The notes beneath the pieces were generated by a model. It searched no databases and was not told the DNA's origin. It was given only the letters and a program-made list of their open reading frames with translations. The translations under genes and the position numbers were made by a program. Shown here piece after piece: positions 54,001 through 63,515 of a stretch of 64,000 nt of DNA. The DNA comes from Deltaproteobacteria bacterium (GTDB lineage Bacteria; Desulfobacterota; Desulfuromonadia; Geobacterales; Pseudopelobacteraceae). Numbering within the stretch: position 1 is the first letter of the stretch; each line of letters opens with the position of its first letter. The stretch covers positions 26 through 64,025 of the forward strand of contig JAJZRX010000009.1 of assembly GCA_021850095.1 (NCBI GenBank). The letters run 5' to 3'.

Positions 54001-54736
54001 CTTTTTTCAGCTTACGGCGGCCCCTGTCAGGGATGAACTGGCCGAACTGCGGAAATCCAACTCGTTCGCTTTTTTTGTTGATGATAATCTGGTGGCCGAC
54101 CGGAAATATGCCCTGGAGCTGTTTGCCGGCATGAAGGGAATGGATTTCAAGTGGCTCTCCCATTCGCCGATCGATTTTGCCGGTGACCGGGAGCTGATCA
54201 AGGCCGCCGGCCAGGCCGGTTGTGTCGGGATGTTCGTCGGCTTTGAATCACTCAATCAGGATTCGCTGGCCGCCATGGGCAAGGTTACCAACCGGGCCAC
54301 CTCCTATCTGGAGGATGCCCAGACCTTCCGCGACAACGGCATCGGTATTCTGGGCTCTTTTGTTCTGGGGTATGACGGCGACACGCCGGCCATCTTCGAA
54401 CAGCTGCTGCGCTTCTGCGAGCAGGCCCGTATCGAAGCCGCCATCTTTCCGCTCCTGACCCCCTATCCCGGAACGGCCGTCCGCCGCCGCCTGGAGGCCG
54501 AGGGGCGTATCATCTCCAACGACTGGCGCGACTATGATATGGAACATGTCAATTTCAAACCGGTCGGCATGAGTATCAACGAGCTGCAGCAGGGCTATGA
54601 CTGGCTCAACAACTCCTTTTACTCCTTTACCTCCATGTATCGCCGTCTCTTCAAGCTGCACCGCTCTGTGCAGGTCTTCGGGCCCATGAACCTTGGCTTC
54701 CGCGCCGCCTTGCGCCGCAAGAGCAACGCCGCATGA
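54001..54736 (+). pseudogene. 5'-truncated B12-binding radical-SAM gene (C-terminal ~240 codons only)
   Basis: Homology starts at APVRDELAELRKSNSFAFFVDDNLV, immediately after the IS3 end. The B12 domain and CxxxCxxC are missing. The upstream part of track ORF 53828-54736 is antisense to the IS remnant. Confidence 0.7.
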
Positions 54737-56055
54737 GCGTTTCTCCACGGCTGCTGTTGATCTACCCCGCCACCCACACGCTGGGGTGGGTCAAACGTTT
54801 CCAGCTCCCCTCCCTTGCGCTCAATCAGGTAGCAGCCGCCACTCCCCGGGAGTGGCAGGTGACGATTGTGGATGAAGTTCAGGAAAAGCTCTCTTTTGAC
54901 GGTCACTACGATCTGGTGGGCATCACGGCCATGACTCACCAGGCGCTGCGCGCTTATCAGATAGCGGATCGTTTTCGTGAAAGGGGCATACCGGTTGTGC
55001 TGGGGGGTATTCATCCCACGGTATTGCCGGACGAGGCGGCCGCCCATGCCGATGCGGTCGTGATTGGCGAAGCCGAGCCGGTCTGGGCCGGATTGTTGGG
55101 TGACCTGCGGAATGGGAAACTGGAGAAGTTTTACCGTTCCGTTCCAACCGGCGACAAGCTGGAGATTCCTTGGGCCCGCCGCGAACTGCTGGCGGGGCGT
55201 AAATATCTGACGACCCAGGCACTGCAGGCCAGTCGCGGCTGCCCCTACGACTGCCCGTTTTGCACCGTGACCCCGCACTTCGGACGCACCTTCCGCTACC
55301 GCGATCCGGAAGACATCCTGGCCGAACTGCGCAGCTATCAGGGCAAACTGACGGTCTTCCTGGACGATAACATTCTGGGAGACCCGCTCAAGGCCAGACC
55401 GATCCTGACCGGAATGGTTGGAATGGGGCTGCGCTGGGGTGGTCAGGCCAACCTGCGCTTTGCGGAGGATCCCGAAATGGTCAGGCTGCTGGCCGCTTCC
55501 GGCTGCATCGGCATCTTCGTCGGCCTGGAATCGGCCGACGGCCTGCACGCCAATCATCCCAAAACCTCCGGCAGTTCGGCCCAAGCTGATCTGATCAAGC
55601 GTATCCGCGATACCGGCGTGGTGGTGGAGGCTTCGGTCATCTTCGGTTTTGACGATCACGACCAGGGCATCTTCGAACGGACGGTCCGCTATCTCGAAAA
55701 GTGCGCACCCAGTCTGCCGACCTTTCATATTCTGACCCCCTATCCCGGAACAGCCCTGTTCGATCAGTTTCAGCGCGAGGGGCGTATGCTGCACACCGAT
55801 TGGAGCCGCTATGATCACGGCCAGGTCGTTTACCGGCCCCGTTTGATGTCACCGGAACAGCTTTACCGGGGCTGGGTGGATGCCCGTCGGGAAGCGTACA
55901 GCTGGTCGTCGATCGGATCGCGGATGATGCGGAGTCCCGGAAAAACGGTCAACCTGCTGTACAACATCCTGAGGCGCGGCGGCATCTATGGCCGTGAATA
56001 TGATCAGGCCGGATTTTATGATCCATCCGCACCATCTTCAGGAGTGTTGCAATGA
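54733..56055 (+). CDS. B12-binding-domain radical-SAM protein
   Basis: N-terminal B12-like domain (DLVGITAMT...VVLGGIHPT) and SRGCPYDCPFC (CX3CX2C). ATGA overlap with the upstream gene. Confidence 0.85.
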   Translation: MSVSPRLLLIYPATHTLGWVKRFQLPSLALNQVAAATPREWQVTIVDEVQEKLSFDGHYDLVGITAMTHQALRAYQIADRFRERGIPVVLGGIHPTVLPDEAAAHADAVVIGEAEPVWAGLLGDLRNGKLEKFYRSVPTGDKLEIPWARRELLAGRKYLTTQALQASRGCPYDCPFCTVTPHFGRTFRYRDPEDILAELRSYQGKLTVFLDDNILGDPLKARPILTGMVGMGLRWGGQANLRFAEDPEMVRLLAASGCIGIFVGLESADGLHANHPKTSGSSAQADLIKRIRDTGVVVEASVIFGFDDHDQGIFERTVRYLEKCAPSLPTFHILTPYPGTALFDQFQREGRMLHTDWSRYDHGQVVYRPRLMSPEQLYRGWVDARREAYSWSSIGSRMMRSPGKTVNLLYNILRRGGIYGREYDQAGFYDPSAPSSGVLQ

Positions 56056-56894
56056 TCTGCTGGATGTTTCCCGGCCAGCCGTTGCGTCATGACCAGCCCT
56101 TTCCCGCCAGTCAAGAGGGAGAAGAGCTTGTTGCGCTGTGCCGCACTGCGACCGGTTTTGACCCGTCCGCCTGGCAGGAAGCCGGCGCCGCGAACAGTGA
56201 GCATGTTCGTCTGCAGTTGTACGGCACGGCCTACAGTCTTTGCCGCGCACGCCAGTTGCGCCTGGACGGTCAAAAGCCGGAGATGATTCTTGAGCACAGC
56301 CTGGGTATCTATGCCGCCCTGGCGGCCTGCGGCAGTATTTCGGAACGGGATGCCCTGGAAATGACCGGACGGGTCGGCGCGACCCTGGCTCGTATGGCGC
56401 ACAGTAATCGCTATGCCTTGGGGTGCGTTATCGGGCTGGGCTCCGCTCCGGTCGAAGCCGCCGCCGCCAATCACCGCGTGCATGTGGCTAATTACAACAC
56501 GTCCCGTCATTTCCTGCTGGCCGGGAAACGTTCACGGATCATGGCCGCCATGGAGGAGTGCGCCGCTGCGGGGGCCTTCTCGCTGTCGGTCTTCGACTGT
56601 GACGCTCCCCTGCATACGCCGCTCCTGGCGGAAGTTTCGGGTGCTCTGGAAGAAGTTTTTGGCGACTATCGTTACGCCGAACCAGCCATTCCCCTGCTGA
56701 ATCACATTGACCAGCAGCCGCTGACCGCCGGGCGGATAGCGGCCTTCCTGCTGGAGGAACTGTTGAAGCCGGTCTGGTGGCAGCGCAGTTATGCCGCTGC
56801 CCGCGGGTGGGGCGCGGCGACGTTTCTGGAAGTGGGCGCCGGCGATGCGCTCAAAAAATTCAACCGCTGGATCGACAGCGAGAGCCGGACATGA
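56052..56894 (+). CDS. FabD-like acyltransferase (malonyl-CoA:ACP transacylase fold)
   Basis: WMFPGQ start motif and EHSLGIY nucleophile elbow. ATGA overlaps on both sides. Confidence 0.7.
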   Translation: MICWMFPGQPLRHDQPFPASQEGEELVALCRTATGFDPSAWQEAGAANSEHVRLQLYGTAYSLCRARQLRLDGQKPEMILEHSLGIYAALAACGSISERDALEMTGRVGATLARMAHSNRYALGCVIGLGSAPVEAAAANHRVHVANYNTSRHFLLAGKRSRIMAAMEECAAAGAFSLSVFDCDAPLHTPLLAEVSGALEEVFGDYRYAEPAIPLLNHIDQQPLTAGRIAAFLLEELLKPVWWQRSYAAARGWGAATFLEVGAGDALKKFNRWIDSESRT

Positions 56895-57313
56895 ACTATC
56901 ATGAAACCAGTATCAAGGTGCGCTTTAACGAAGTGGATGCCTACCGGGTGGCCTGGCACGGCCATTATGTGGCCTGGATGGAAATCGGCCGCAGCGGGCT
57001 GGCCGGCCGCTTCGGTCTGGACGCGTTTCAGCTGGCCGAACTGGGCTATCTGGGGCCGGTCATCAATCTGGAGATCAAATACCTGCGGCCGGCCCGCTTC
57101 AATGACGAGCTGACGGTCCGTACCCGCATAGTTCCAAGCGATACGGCCACGCTGCTGTTCGAGAGCGTTATCGTTGACAACAGCGGGGCAAAGCTGGCCG
57201 TCGGGCTGACGACCCACGCCCTGACCGATCTGGCCGGGGTGCTGCAGTTTCAACTTCCTCCGGCGGTGGCCGAACGACTGGCCGCCATGCGCGCCTGGCT
57301 GGAAGAAGCATGA
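56891..57313 (+). CDS. Hotdog-fold (4HBT/YbgC-like) thioesterase
   Basis: VRFNEVDAYRVAWHGHYVAWME catalytic Asp region. Start MNYHETS overlaps the upstream stop. Confidence 0.75.
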   Translation: MNYHETSIKVRFNEVDAYRVAWHGHYVAWMEIGRSGLAGRFGLDAFQLAELGYLGPVINLEIKYLRPARFNDELTVRTRIVPSDTATLLFESVIVDNSGAKLAVGLTTHALTDLAGVLQFQLPPAVAERLAAMRAWLEEA

Positions 57314-58689
57314 AAATCCTGCTGATATCCGCCAATCGTGAGCGCTCCCCTTATCCGGTTTTCCCGATCGGCCTGGCCTACCTGGCCGGCCCGCTGCAGG
57401 CCGCCGGACATGAGCTCGCGGTTCTGGATCTCTGTTTTGAGCAGCAGCCGGAAACCTCCCTGCGTGAAAAACTGCAATCGTTTCGGCCGGCTCTGGCAGT
57501 CATCTCTCTGCGTAATATCGACAACGTCACCTGGCCCAACAGCCGCTCTTACCTGGAAGGGGTCAGATCGATTGTCAGCAGTTGTCGCGGATTTGCTACG
57601 ACCGTTGTGGGGGGCTCCGGATTTTCGCTGATGCCCTTGGAGGTGTTGACGTTTCTGGAGGCCGATTACGGCGTGGTGGGGGAGGGGGAAGAGTTGCTGC
57701 CGAGATTGGCGCAGCTGATCGAACAGGGAGAGAATCCCGCCGGTCTGCCGGGACTGCTGTCGCGGGGCTGCGCCACATTTCTGCCCCCCGTGCCGGTGGA
57801 GCGGATCGGCACCCCTGAACGGTCCCTTTTTGAGGTGAGCCGCTATCAGCGTGAAGGGGGCATGGCCAATGTCCAGACCAAGCGCGGCTGCCCCTTTACC
57901 TGCGTGTACTGCACCTATCCGCTGCTGGAAGGGCGCCGGATGCGGCTGCGTCCGGTGCCGGAAATTATCGCCGAACTCCATGCGCTGGTTGATGAGTCTG
58001 CCGTCAGCTACATCTATTTTGTGGATGATATTTTCAATTACCCGCCCGAATTCGCCGAGACGCTCTGCCGGGCGATGATTGCCGATAAACTGGAGGTTAA
58101 CTGGTCGGCTTTTATCAACCCGGCTTTCATATCGCCGGGACTGCTGGATATCATGCTGGCGGCCGGCTGCGACGCGGTCGAATACGGCACCGAATCCGGT
58201 TCGCCGGCCATGCTGAAAAATCTGGGCAAGTCCTTCAGTGTTGAGGATGTCCGTTCGGCTTCACTGCTTTGCCGTCAGCGCCAGGTGGATTTCGCCCATT
58301 ACATTCTTTTCGGCGGCCCGGGCGAGACGCGCGAAACCGTGCTGGAGAGTTTTGAACTGATGGACGAGCTGCAGCCGACGGCGGTGATCGCCATGACCGG
58401 CATCCGCATCTTCCCCGGTACATCCCTGTACCGGACGGCGCTGGCGGAAGGGGTCGTCACTGCTGACAGCAACCTGTTGGAGCCGGTTTTTTATATCTCG
58501 GCCCCTGTCAGGGATGAACTGGCCGAACTGGTGACTTCGCAGGCGGTTTCCCGCACAAACTGGGTCGTGCCGGGTCTGGAGGTCAACATCAGCGATGCTA
58601 TGCTGGATGCGCTGCGCATGTTTCCGGTCAAGGGGCCGCTCTGGAAGCTGATCAAGCGGATGGGGCGCAGCCGGGTCAGGCCGATCTGA
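57310..58689 (+). CDS. B12-binding-domain radical-SAM protein
   Basis: MKILLISANRE...B12-like domain and KRGCPFTCVYC (CX3CX2C). Confidence 0.85.
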   Translation: MKILLISANRERSPYPVFPIGLAYLAGPLQAAGHELAVLDLCFEQQPETSLREKLQSFRPALAVISLRNIDNVTWPNSRSYLEGVRSIVSSCRGFATTVVGGSGFSLMPLEVLTFLEADYGVVGEGEELLPRLAQLIEQGENPAGLPGLLSRGCATFLPPVPVERIGTPERSLFEVSRYQREGGMANVQTKRGCPFTCVYCTYPLLEGRRMRLRPVPEIIAELHALVDESAVSYIYFVDDIFNYPPEFAETLCRAMIADKLEVNWSAFINPAFISPGLLDIMLAAGCDAVEYGTESGSPAMLKNLGKSFSVEDVRSASLLCRQRQVDFAHYILFGGPGETRETVLESFELMDELQPTAVIAMTGIRIFPGTSLYRTALAEGVVTADSNLLEPVFYISAPVRDELAELVTSQAVSRTNWVVPGLEVNISDAMLDALRMFPVKGPLWKLIKRMGRSRVRPI

Positions 58690-58769
58690 ATCCTGTTTCA
58701 TCCTTGTCTCTGGACATATCCTTCCTAAAACGCTAAAATCCCCCTCCAATTCTTTATTTCGGAGACACT

Positions 58770-59510
58770 GTGGAATTTAAGGATACTATCATCGTAGTTA
58801 CCGGCGGCACGCGCGGCATCGGGCGGGCCGTTTCGCTGGACTTCGCCGCCGCAGGGGGCAAGGTTTTTGCCGCCTACCGCTCCAATCAGGTTGCGGCCGA
58901 CGAAACCGTGGCCCTGGCCGCAGGACTGGCCGGCAGCATCACCGTTGTTCAGGCCGATGTCAGCAGTTCCGAAGGAGCCCAGCTGCTGATCAGCCGGGCT
59001 GCGGAAGCAACCGGCCAGATCGACGTGCTGGTGAACAACGCCGGCATCATCCGCGACGGCTGGCTGGCGATGATGGCTGATGACGACTGGGATGCCGTTA
59101 TCCGCACCAACCTGTATCCGCTTTTCCACTGCTGCAAGTGGGGGGTGCGCAAGATGATGGCCCAGCGCAGCGGCGCGATTGTCACCATCTCCTCCATTTC
59201 CGCCGTCAGCGGAACCGCCGGACAGTCCAATTACGCCGCCTCCAAGGGGGCGGCCATCAGCTTTACCAAATCGCTGGCCCGCGAGGTCGGTCCAATGGGC
59301 ATCCGGGTTAATGCCGTTGTGGCCGGACTGATCGACACCGACATGACCGCCGGGCTCAAACAGGAGATCGTGGCCGGGATTTTGAAGGGGGCCGCCCTGG
59401 GACGCATCGGCCGGCCGGATGAAGTGGCCGACGCGGTGCTGTTTCTGGCATCGCGGAACGCTTCCTATATTACCGGCCAGTCACTGGTTGTGGATGGCGG
59501 TATCCTATGA
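58770..59510 (+). CDS. fabG: 3-oxoacyl-ACP reductase (SDR)
   Basis: VTGGTRGIGRA, NNAGI and YAASKGA motifs. Confidence 0.9.
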   Translation: MEFKDTIIVVTGGTRGIGRAVSLDFAAAGGKVFAAYRSNQVAADETVALAAGLAGSITVVQADVSSSEGAQLLISRAAEATGQIDVLVNNAGIIRDGWLAMMADDDWDAVIRTNLYPLFHCCKWGVRKMMAQRSGAIVTISSISAVSGTAGQSNYAASKGAAISFTKSLAREVGPMGIRVNAVVAGLIDTDMTAGLKQEIVAGILKGAALGRIGRPDEVADAVLFLASRNASYITGQSLVVDGGIL

Positions 59511-60715
59511 CCAAAAAACAGAGGGTTGTCATAACCGGTTTAGGCGTTTTCTGCGGGGCCGGCAAAAATGCGGCCGAGTTCAGTCAGAACCTGACCGAAG
59601 GCAGAAGCGGCATTACCGAGCTGGATCTCTTCGATGTTTCCGCTTTTCCATCCCGTATCGGCTGTCAGATCAAGGGTTACGACCCGCTGGATTATTTCGA
59701 CCGCCGTTCGGCCCGCAAGCTTTCCCGGGCCGATCAGTTCGGCATCATCGCCGCCGGCGAGGCGCTGGAGAACAGCGCTATCAGCGGGCTATATTCCCCC
59801 TATGATATCGGCGTTTCCCTGGGGGGGGGCGCGGCCGGCATGTTCCAGTCCGAACAGTGGCTGAAAGCCTATCTGGCCGGCGAAGCCGCGTCGCCGCTAC
59901 TGCTGCGGGGGGTGCTGCCGGACAAGACCGCCACGGAAATCGCCCTGCGCTTCGGCCTGGCCGGCTATCAGGGAACGATCACGACGGCCTGCTCATCCTC
60001 GGCCAGCGCCATCGGCTGGGGAGCCGAGCTGGTGGCAACCGGGCAGCAGAAGGCCGTGGTTGCCGGCGGTTCCGATACGCTTTCGCTTTTGACCTTTGGC
60101 GGCTTCAATTCGCTGAAAGTGGTCGATCCGGAACCCTGTTCCCCCTTCAGCCTGGGGCGGCAGGGGATCTCGCTGGGCGAAGGGGCCGCCATTTTAGTGC
60201 TGGAAAACGAGCAGGATGCCCTGGCGCGGGGCGCACGGATTTACGGCGCCGTGCTCGGTTATGCCCTGGCCGGGGAAGCCTTCCACATGACCGCTCCCGA
60301 ACCAAGCGGCTCGACCGCAGCACGGGTTATGCGCGAGGCGATTGATCAAGCCGGAATCGCAGCCGAGCTGGTCGGCTGGGTCAATGCCCATGGCACCGGC
60401 ACGCCGCTCAACGATGTGGTCGAATCCAACGCCATGAAACTGGTGTTCGGCGAGCGTGTCGGCCAGGTGCCGCTGATCTCCACCAAAGCCATGACCGGCC
60501 ACTGCCTGGGAGCAGCCGGTTCCATTGAGGCTCTGGCCACAATTATCGCCCTCAATCGGCAGATCATCCCCCAGACCCTCAATTTCAGGGGGCATGATCC
60601 GGAATGTGATCTGGATTACTGTCACCTGGGCAGTCGCCCGAGTGAAGCCCGGGTGGCCATGTCCAATTCGTTTGCCTTTGGCGGAAACATAACTTCACTG
60701 GTGCTGGGACTATGA
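59507..60715 (+). CDS. fabF: Beta-ketoacyl-ACP synthase (FabF-type, complete Cys/His/His triad)
   Basis: TACSSSASAI, NAHGTGTPLND and TGHCLGAAG. Confidence 0.9.
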   Translation: MTKKQRVVITGLGVFCGAGKNAAEFSQNLTEGRSGITELDLFDVSAFPSRIGCQIKGYDPLDYFDRRSARKLSRADQFGIIAAGEALENSAISGLYSPYDIGVSLGGGAAGMFQSEQWLKAYLAGEAASPLLLRGVLPDKTATEIALRFGLAGYQGTITTACSSSASAIGWGAELVATGQQKAVVAGGSDTLSLLTFGGFNSLKVVDPEPCSPFSLGRQGISLGEGAAILVLENEQDALARGARIYGAVLGYALAGEAFHMTAPEPSGSTAARVMREAIDQAGIAAELVGWVNAHGTGTPLNDVVESNAMKLVFGERVGQVPLISTKAMTGHCLGAAGSIEALATIIALNRQIIPQTLNFRGHDPECDLDYCHLGSRPSEARVAMSNSFAFGGNITSLVLGL

Positions 60716-61761
60716 ATATTTCAACTAATGACATCGTCGTGACCGGCTTCTCGGCCATCAGCGCCGCCGGCAGCGGTGTGGCGGCGATCCGGGAGCTGCT
60801 GGATTCCGGTCACTCCGCCCTGACGGCGGTTCCTGAAGACGTTCCCGGCGGCAGTGGCCAGCTGTGGGGCAAGGCCCATTCTTTCAAGGCGACCGATTTC
60901 ATCGCTCCGCTGAAAGCACGCAAGATGGATCGCTGCAGCCAGTTTGCCGTGGCGGCCGCCGGCCTGGCCCTGAAGGATGCCGCCATTGACCTGAAAACGG
61001 TGGCGCCCGAACGGATCGGTATCGCCCTGGGGTGCGGCTTCGGCGGTGTCGCCAATTCGGCCGAATTTCTGGCCGGCTATTTCAGCGGCGGTGTCAACGG
61101 ACTGACCCCCATGCTCTTTCCCAATACGGTTTCCAATGCGCCGGCCAGCAACGCTTCAATCGAACATGGACTGAAAGGGCCCAACGTCACCCAGGTTCAG
61201 CGTTTCTGCTCGGCCGAATCGGCCTTCACCATGGCCTGCCGTTTTATCGCCGAAGGTCGGGCCGACATCATGTTGACCGGCGGAGCCGACGATCTGATGC
61301 CGCTTTTGCTGGCCGGCTTTGCTGCTACCGGACAGCTGCGGCGCTATGCCTCCAGTTTCGGTGAGGGGAGCGGAGTCCTGGTGCTGGAAAGCGGACGCCA
61401 CGCTTCAGCGCGCTCTGCGGCGATCAAGGGCACGGTTCAAGGCATCAGCACGGTCGGTCTGTTGCCGGCCGGGAGCGAACAGGAAGGACTCGACCGGCTT
61501 CTGTCCGCTTCAACGGCTGGCGAGCTGGTTTCAATCTCCGGCACCACGTCCGCTTTTCCCGCTCTGCTGCAGCGAACAGCGGCTGCCGAATCATTTGATC
61601 TCTCAACGGTAACCGGCCGTTCTCTGGCAATGGGCGGCGTCTCCATGGCGGTGCTACTGGCATCCCTGGGGGCCGGTCAGAGCGGTCTTCACCTGGCGTC
61701 ATCCCCGGAAGGGCCCTATTATGCAATCCGTTTCACCGGAGGCACTCCTGTTCAACCCTGA
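60712..61761 (+). CDS. KS-like partner subunit (chain-length-factor-like, lacks both catalytic His motifs)
   Basis: Thiolase-fold N-terminal half (RFCSAESAF). In the C-terminal half, SISGTTSAF and TGRSLAMGG replace HGTGT and GHxxGAAG. 349 aa. Confidence 0.7.
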   Translation: MNISTNDIVVTGFSAISAAGSGVAAIRELLDSGHSALTAVPEDVPGGSGQLWGKAHSFKATDFIAPLKARKMDRCSQFAVAAAGLALKDAAIDLKTVAPERIGIALGCGFGGVANSAEFLAGYFSGGVNGLTPMLFPNTVSNAPASNASIEHGLKGPNVTQVQRFCSAESAFTMACRFIAEGRADIMLTGGADDLMPLLLAGFAATGQLRRYASSFGEGSGVLVLESGRHASARSAAIKGTVQGISTVGLLPAGSEQEGLDRLLSASTAGELVSISGTTSAFPALLQRTAAAESFDLSTVTGRSLAMGGVSMAVLLASLGAGQSGLHLASSPEGPYYAIRFTGGTPVQP

Positions 61762-62131
61762 TCCAGCAGCATACCTGCCGCACCGCTACCCTTTTCTTCA
61801 ACTTGACCGGATCATTACCCTGGAACCGGGGGTGCGGGCTGTTGCCCTGAAGAACCTGCCTGCCGGTCGTGCTTTTCCGCAGATTCTCCTGCTTGAGTGC
61901 GTTGCCCAGTTGGCCGGAACCCTGACCATTTCCGAAGAGGGGCAGGGGGGCTTTCTGGCGGCCATTGATCGGGCCGAATTTTCCGAAGTCCCGCAACCAG
62001 GCGATGTACTGACGGTTTCCGCTGCTCTGGTCAAGTCGTTCGGGCGGCTGTTCATGGTGGAGGGAGAGGTGGCCTGTCAGGGGCGCAGACTGCTGACCGC
62101 GCAGCTTACCCTGGGGGTCGGCCAATTATGA
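61721..62131 (+). CDS. FabZ/FabA-like hotdog dehydratase
   Basis: LPHRYPFLQLDRI motif. 136 aa. Confidence 0.8.
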   Translation: MQSVSPEALLFNPDPAAYLPHRYPFLQLDRIITLEPGVRAVALKNLPAGRAFPQILLLECVAQLAGTLTISEEGQGGFLAAIDRAEFSEVPQPGDVLTVSAALVKSFGRLFMVEGEVACQGRRLLTAQLTLGVGQL

Positions 62132-62766
62132 AATCTGAAAAACTGTTCTTCTCCATGTCTCTCTGTCTCTGCGTTTCAATTGCCTTTGTGCTGGGAAGTC
62201 TATCTTCCGCCCAGGCCCGCCCGATTCCGCCCCTGGAGGGCCTGGAGGCGCTGCGCAAGGGCTTTGCGGGCATCTCGGATTTCAGCGCCGAGATCACCCA
62301 GGAAAAACGCCTTTCGCTGATGAAGCGCACTATGACCATGAAGGGTACGGTACGCTTCAGAAAACCGGACCAGTTTTTCCTGGCCATCAATCCCCCCTAC
62401 GCCAGCCGGATGGTGCTGAAGGATGCCACCATCGAGATGGCCGGCGGCCCGGAAGGCAAACGCAACCGGATGGTACTTCCTCCCGAACAGGGCCTGGGGC
62501 GCTGGTTTTCAAAGCTGGCGTCGCCGGTGACACAGCTTCCCGAGGGGGTTGCCATCCAGGCCGATCTGACCAATTCGCTCTATACGCTGACAATCACTCC
62601 TCAAGGACAGGGGCAGGTCAGGGAACTGGCCATAGCCTTTCTTGCCGACGGCACGATCCGGCGCCTGACGATTCTGGAACGAAACGGCGACAAGGCCAGC
62701 ATGATCTTTAAAAAACTGCGCCGCAATACCGGTCTGACCGATAGTGACTTCAGGCTGGAACCGTGA
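62128..62766 (+). CDS. LolA-like outer-membrane lipoprotein carrier protein
   Basis: Signal peptide plus F-x-Q...KGTVRFRKPDQF pattern typical of the LolA fold. Confidence 0.7.
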   Translation: MKSEKLFFSMSLCLCVSIAFVLGSLSSAQARPIPPLEGLEALRKGFAGISDFSAEITQEKRLSLMKRTMTMKGTVRFRKPDQFFLAINPPYASRMVLKDATIEMAGGPEGKRNRMVLPPEQGLGRWFSKLASPVTQLPEGVAIQADLTNSLYTLTITPQGQGQVRELAIAFLADGTIRRLTILERNGDKASMIFKKLRRNTGLTDSDFRLEP

Positions 62767-62810
62767 AACGTAACTGATCAGTACAACTAACCCTTACAGA
62801 CAGGATCGCT

Positions 62811-63515
62811 GTGTTCAAACAAATGCTGAAACACTTTTTAAAAATCATCGCTCCGCTGCTGCTCCTGACCGCCTGCAGTACCGCCCGCCCAATCCTGGAT
62901 TACAACCCGGAAGCCACCCTTGAGACCCTTTCGGCGGCCGTATCCATGTCGGTGGTCACGGCCGATAACGGCATGTCCGGCAGCGGTTTCATGGTCTACC
63001 GCCGTCCCGACCAGCTGCATCTGGTGCTGTTGTCCCCCTTCGGCACAACCCTGATTGAAATCTTCTCCCGGGGCGAGCAGGTCACGCTGCTGTATCCGGG
63101 CAATGCCACCGCTTATGTCGGCACAATTGCCGATCTGCCGGAAAAGGGGGGGCTGCAGGGCTGGCGGCTGATGCGTTGGGTCATGGATGCCGCTCCGGCA
63201 GCTTCCAGCGCAATGAACGGCACGCTTGAACGCCCCGGTGTGCAGGGGCTGCCTGAAAAGGTCACCTATGAAAACGGGCTGGTGGTTTCCAAAAGTACCG
63301 CTGACGGCCAACAGGTCTATTATTCGCGCTATTCCGTTGCCGGCGGGGTTCCCTTTGCGGCCGAGCTGGAGCTGCGCAACGCCCGGGAAGACCGCATCCG
63401 GATCGTTCTGGATGAACCGGAGATCAACTCTCCGCTGGAAGAAGCCGTCTTTCAACCGCGCCTGGAAGGGATCAGGATCCTGCCGCTGTCTCTTTTGCGG
63501 GGTATCACTCCCTGA
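62811..63515 (+). CDS. Lipoprotein (LolB-like / APE-cluster-type lipoprotein suspected)
   Basis: Lipobox LLLTAC. Positioned between the LolA-like and MMPL genes. Confidence 0.5.
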   Translation: MFKQMLKHFLKIIAPLLLLTACSTARPILDYNPEATLETLSAAVSMSVVTADNGMSGSGFMVYRRPDQLHLVLLSPFGTTLIEIFSRGEQVTLLYPGNATAYVGTIADLPEKGGLQGWRLMRWVMDAAPAASSAMNGTLERPGVQGLPEKVTYENGLVVSKSTADGQQVYYSRYSVAGGVPFAAELELRNAREDRIRIVLDEPEINSPLEEAVFQPRLEGIRILPLSLLRGITP

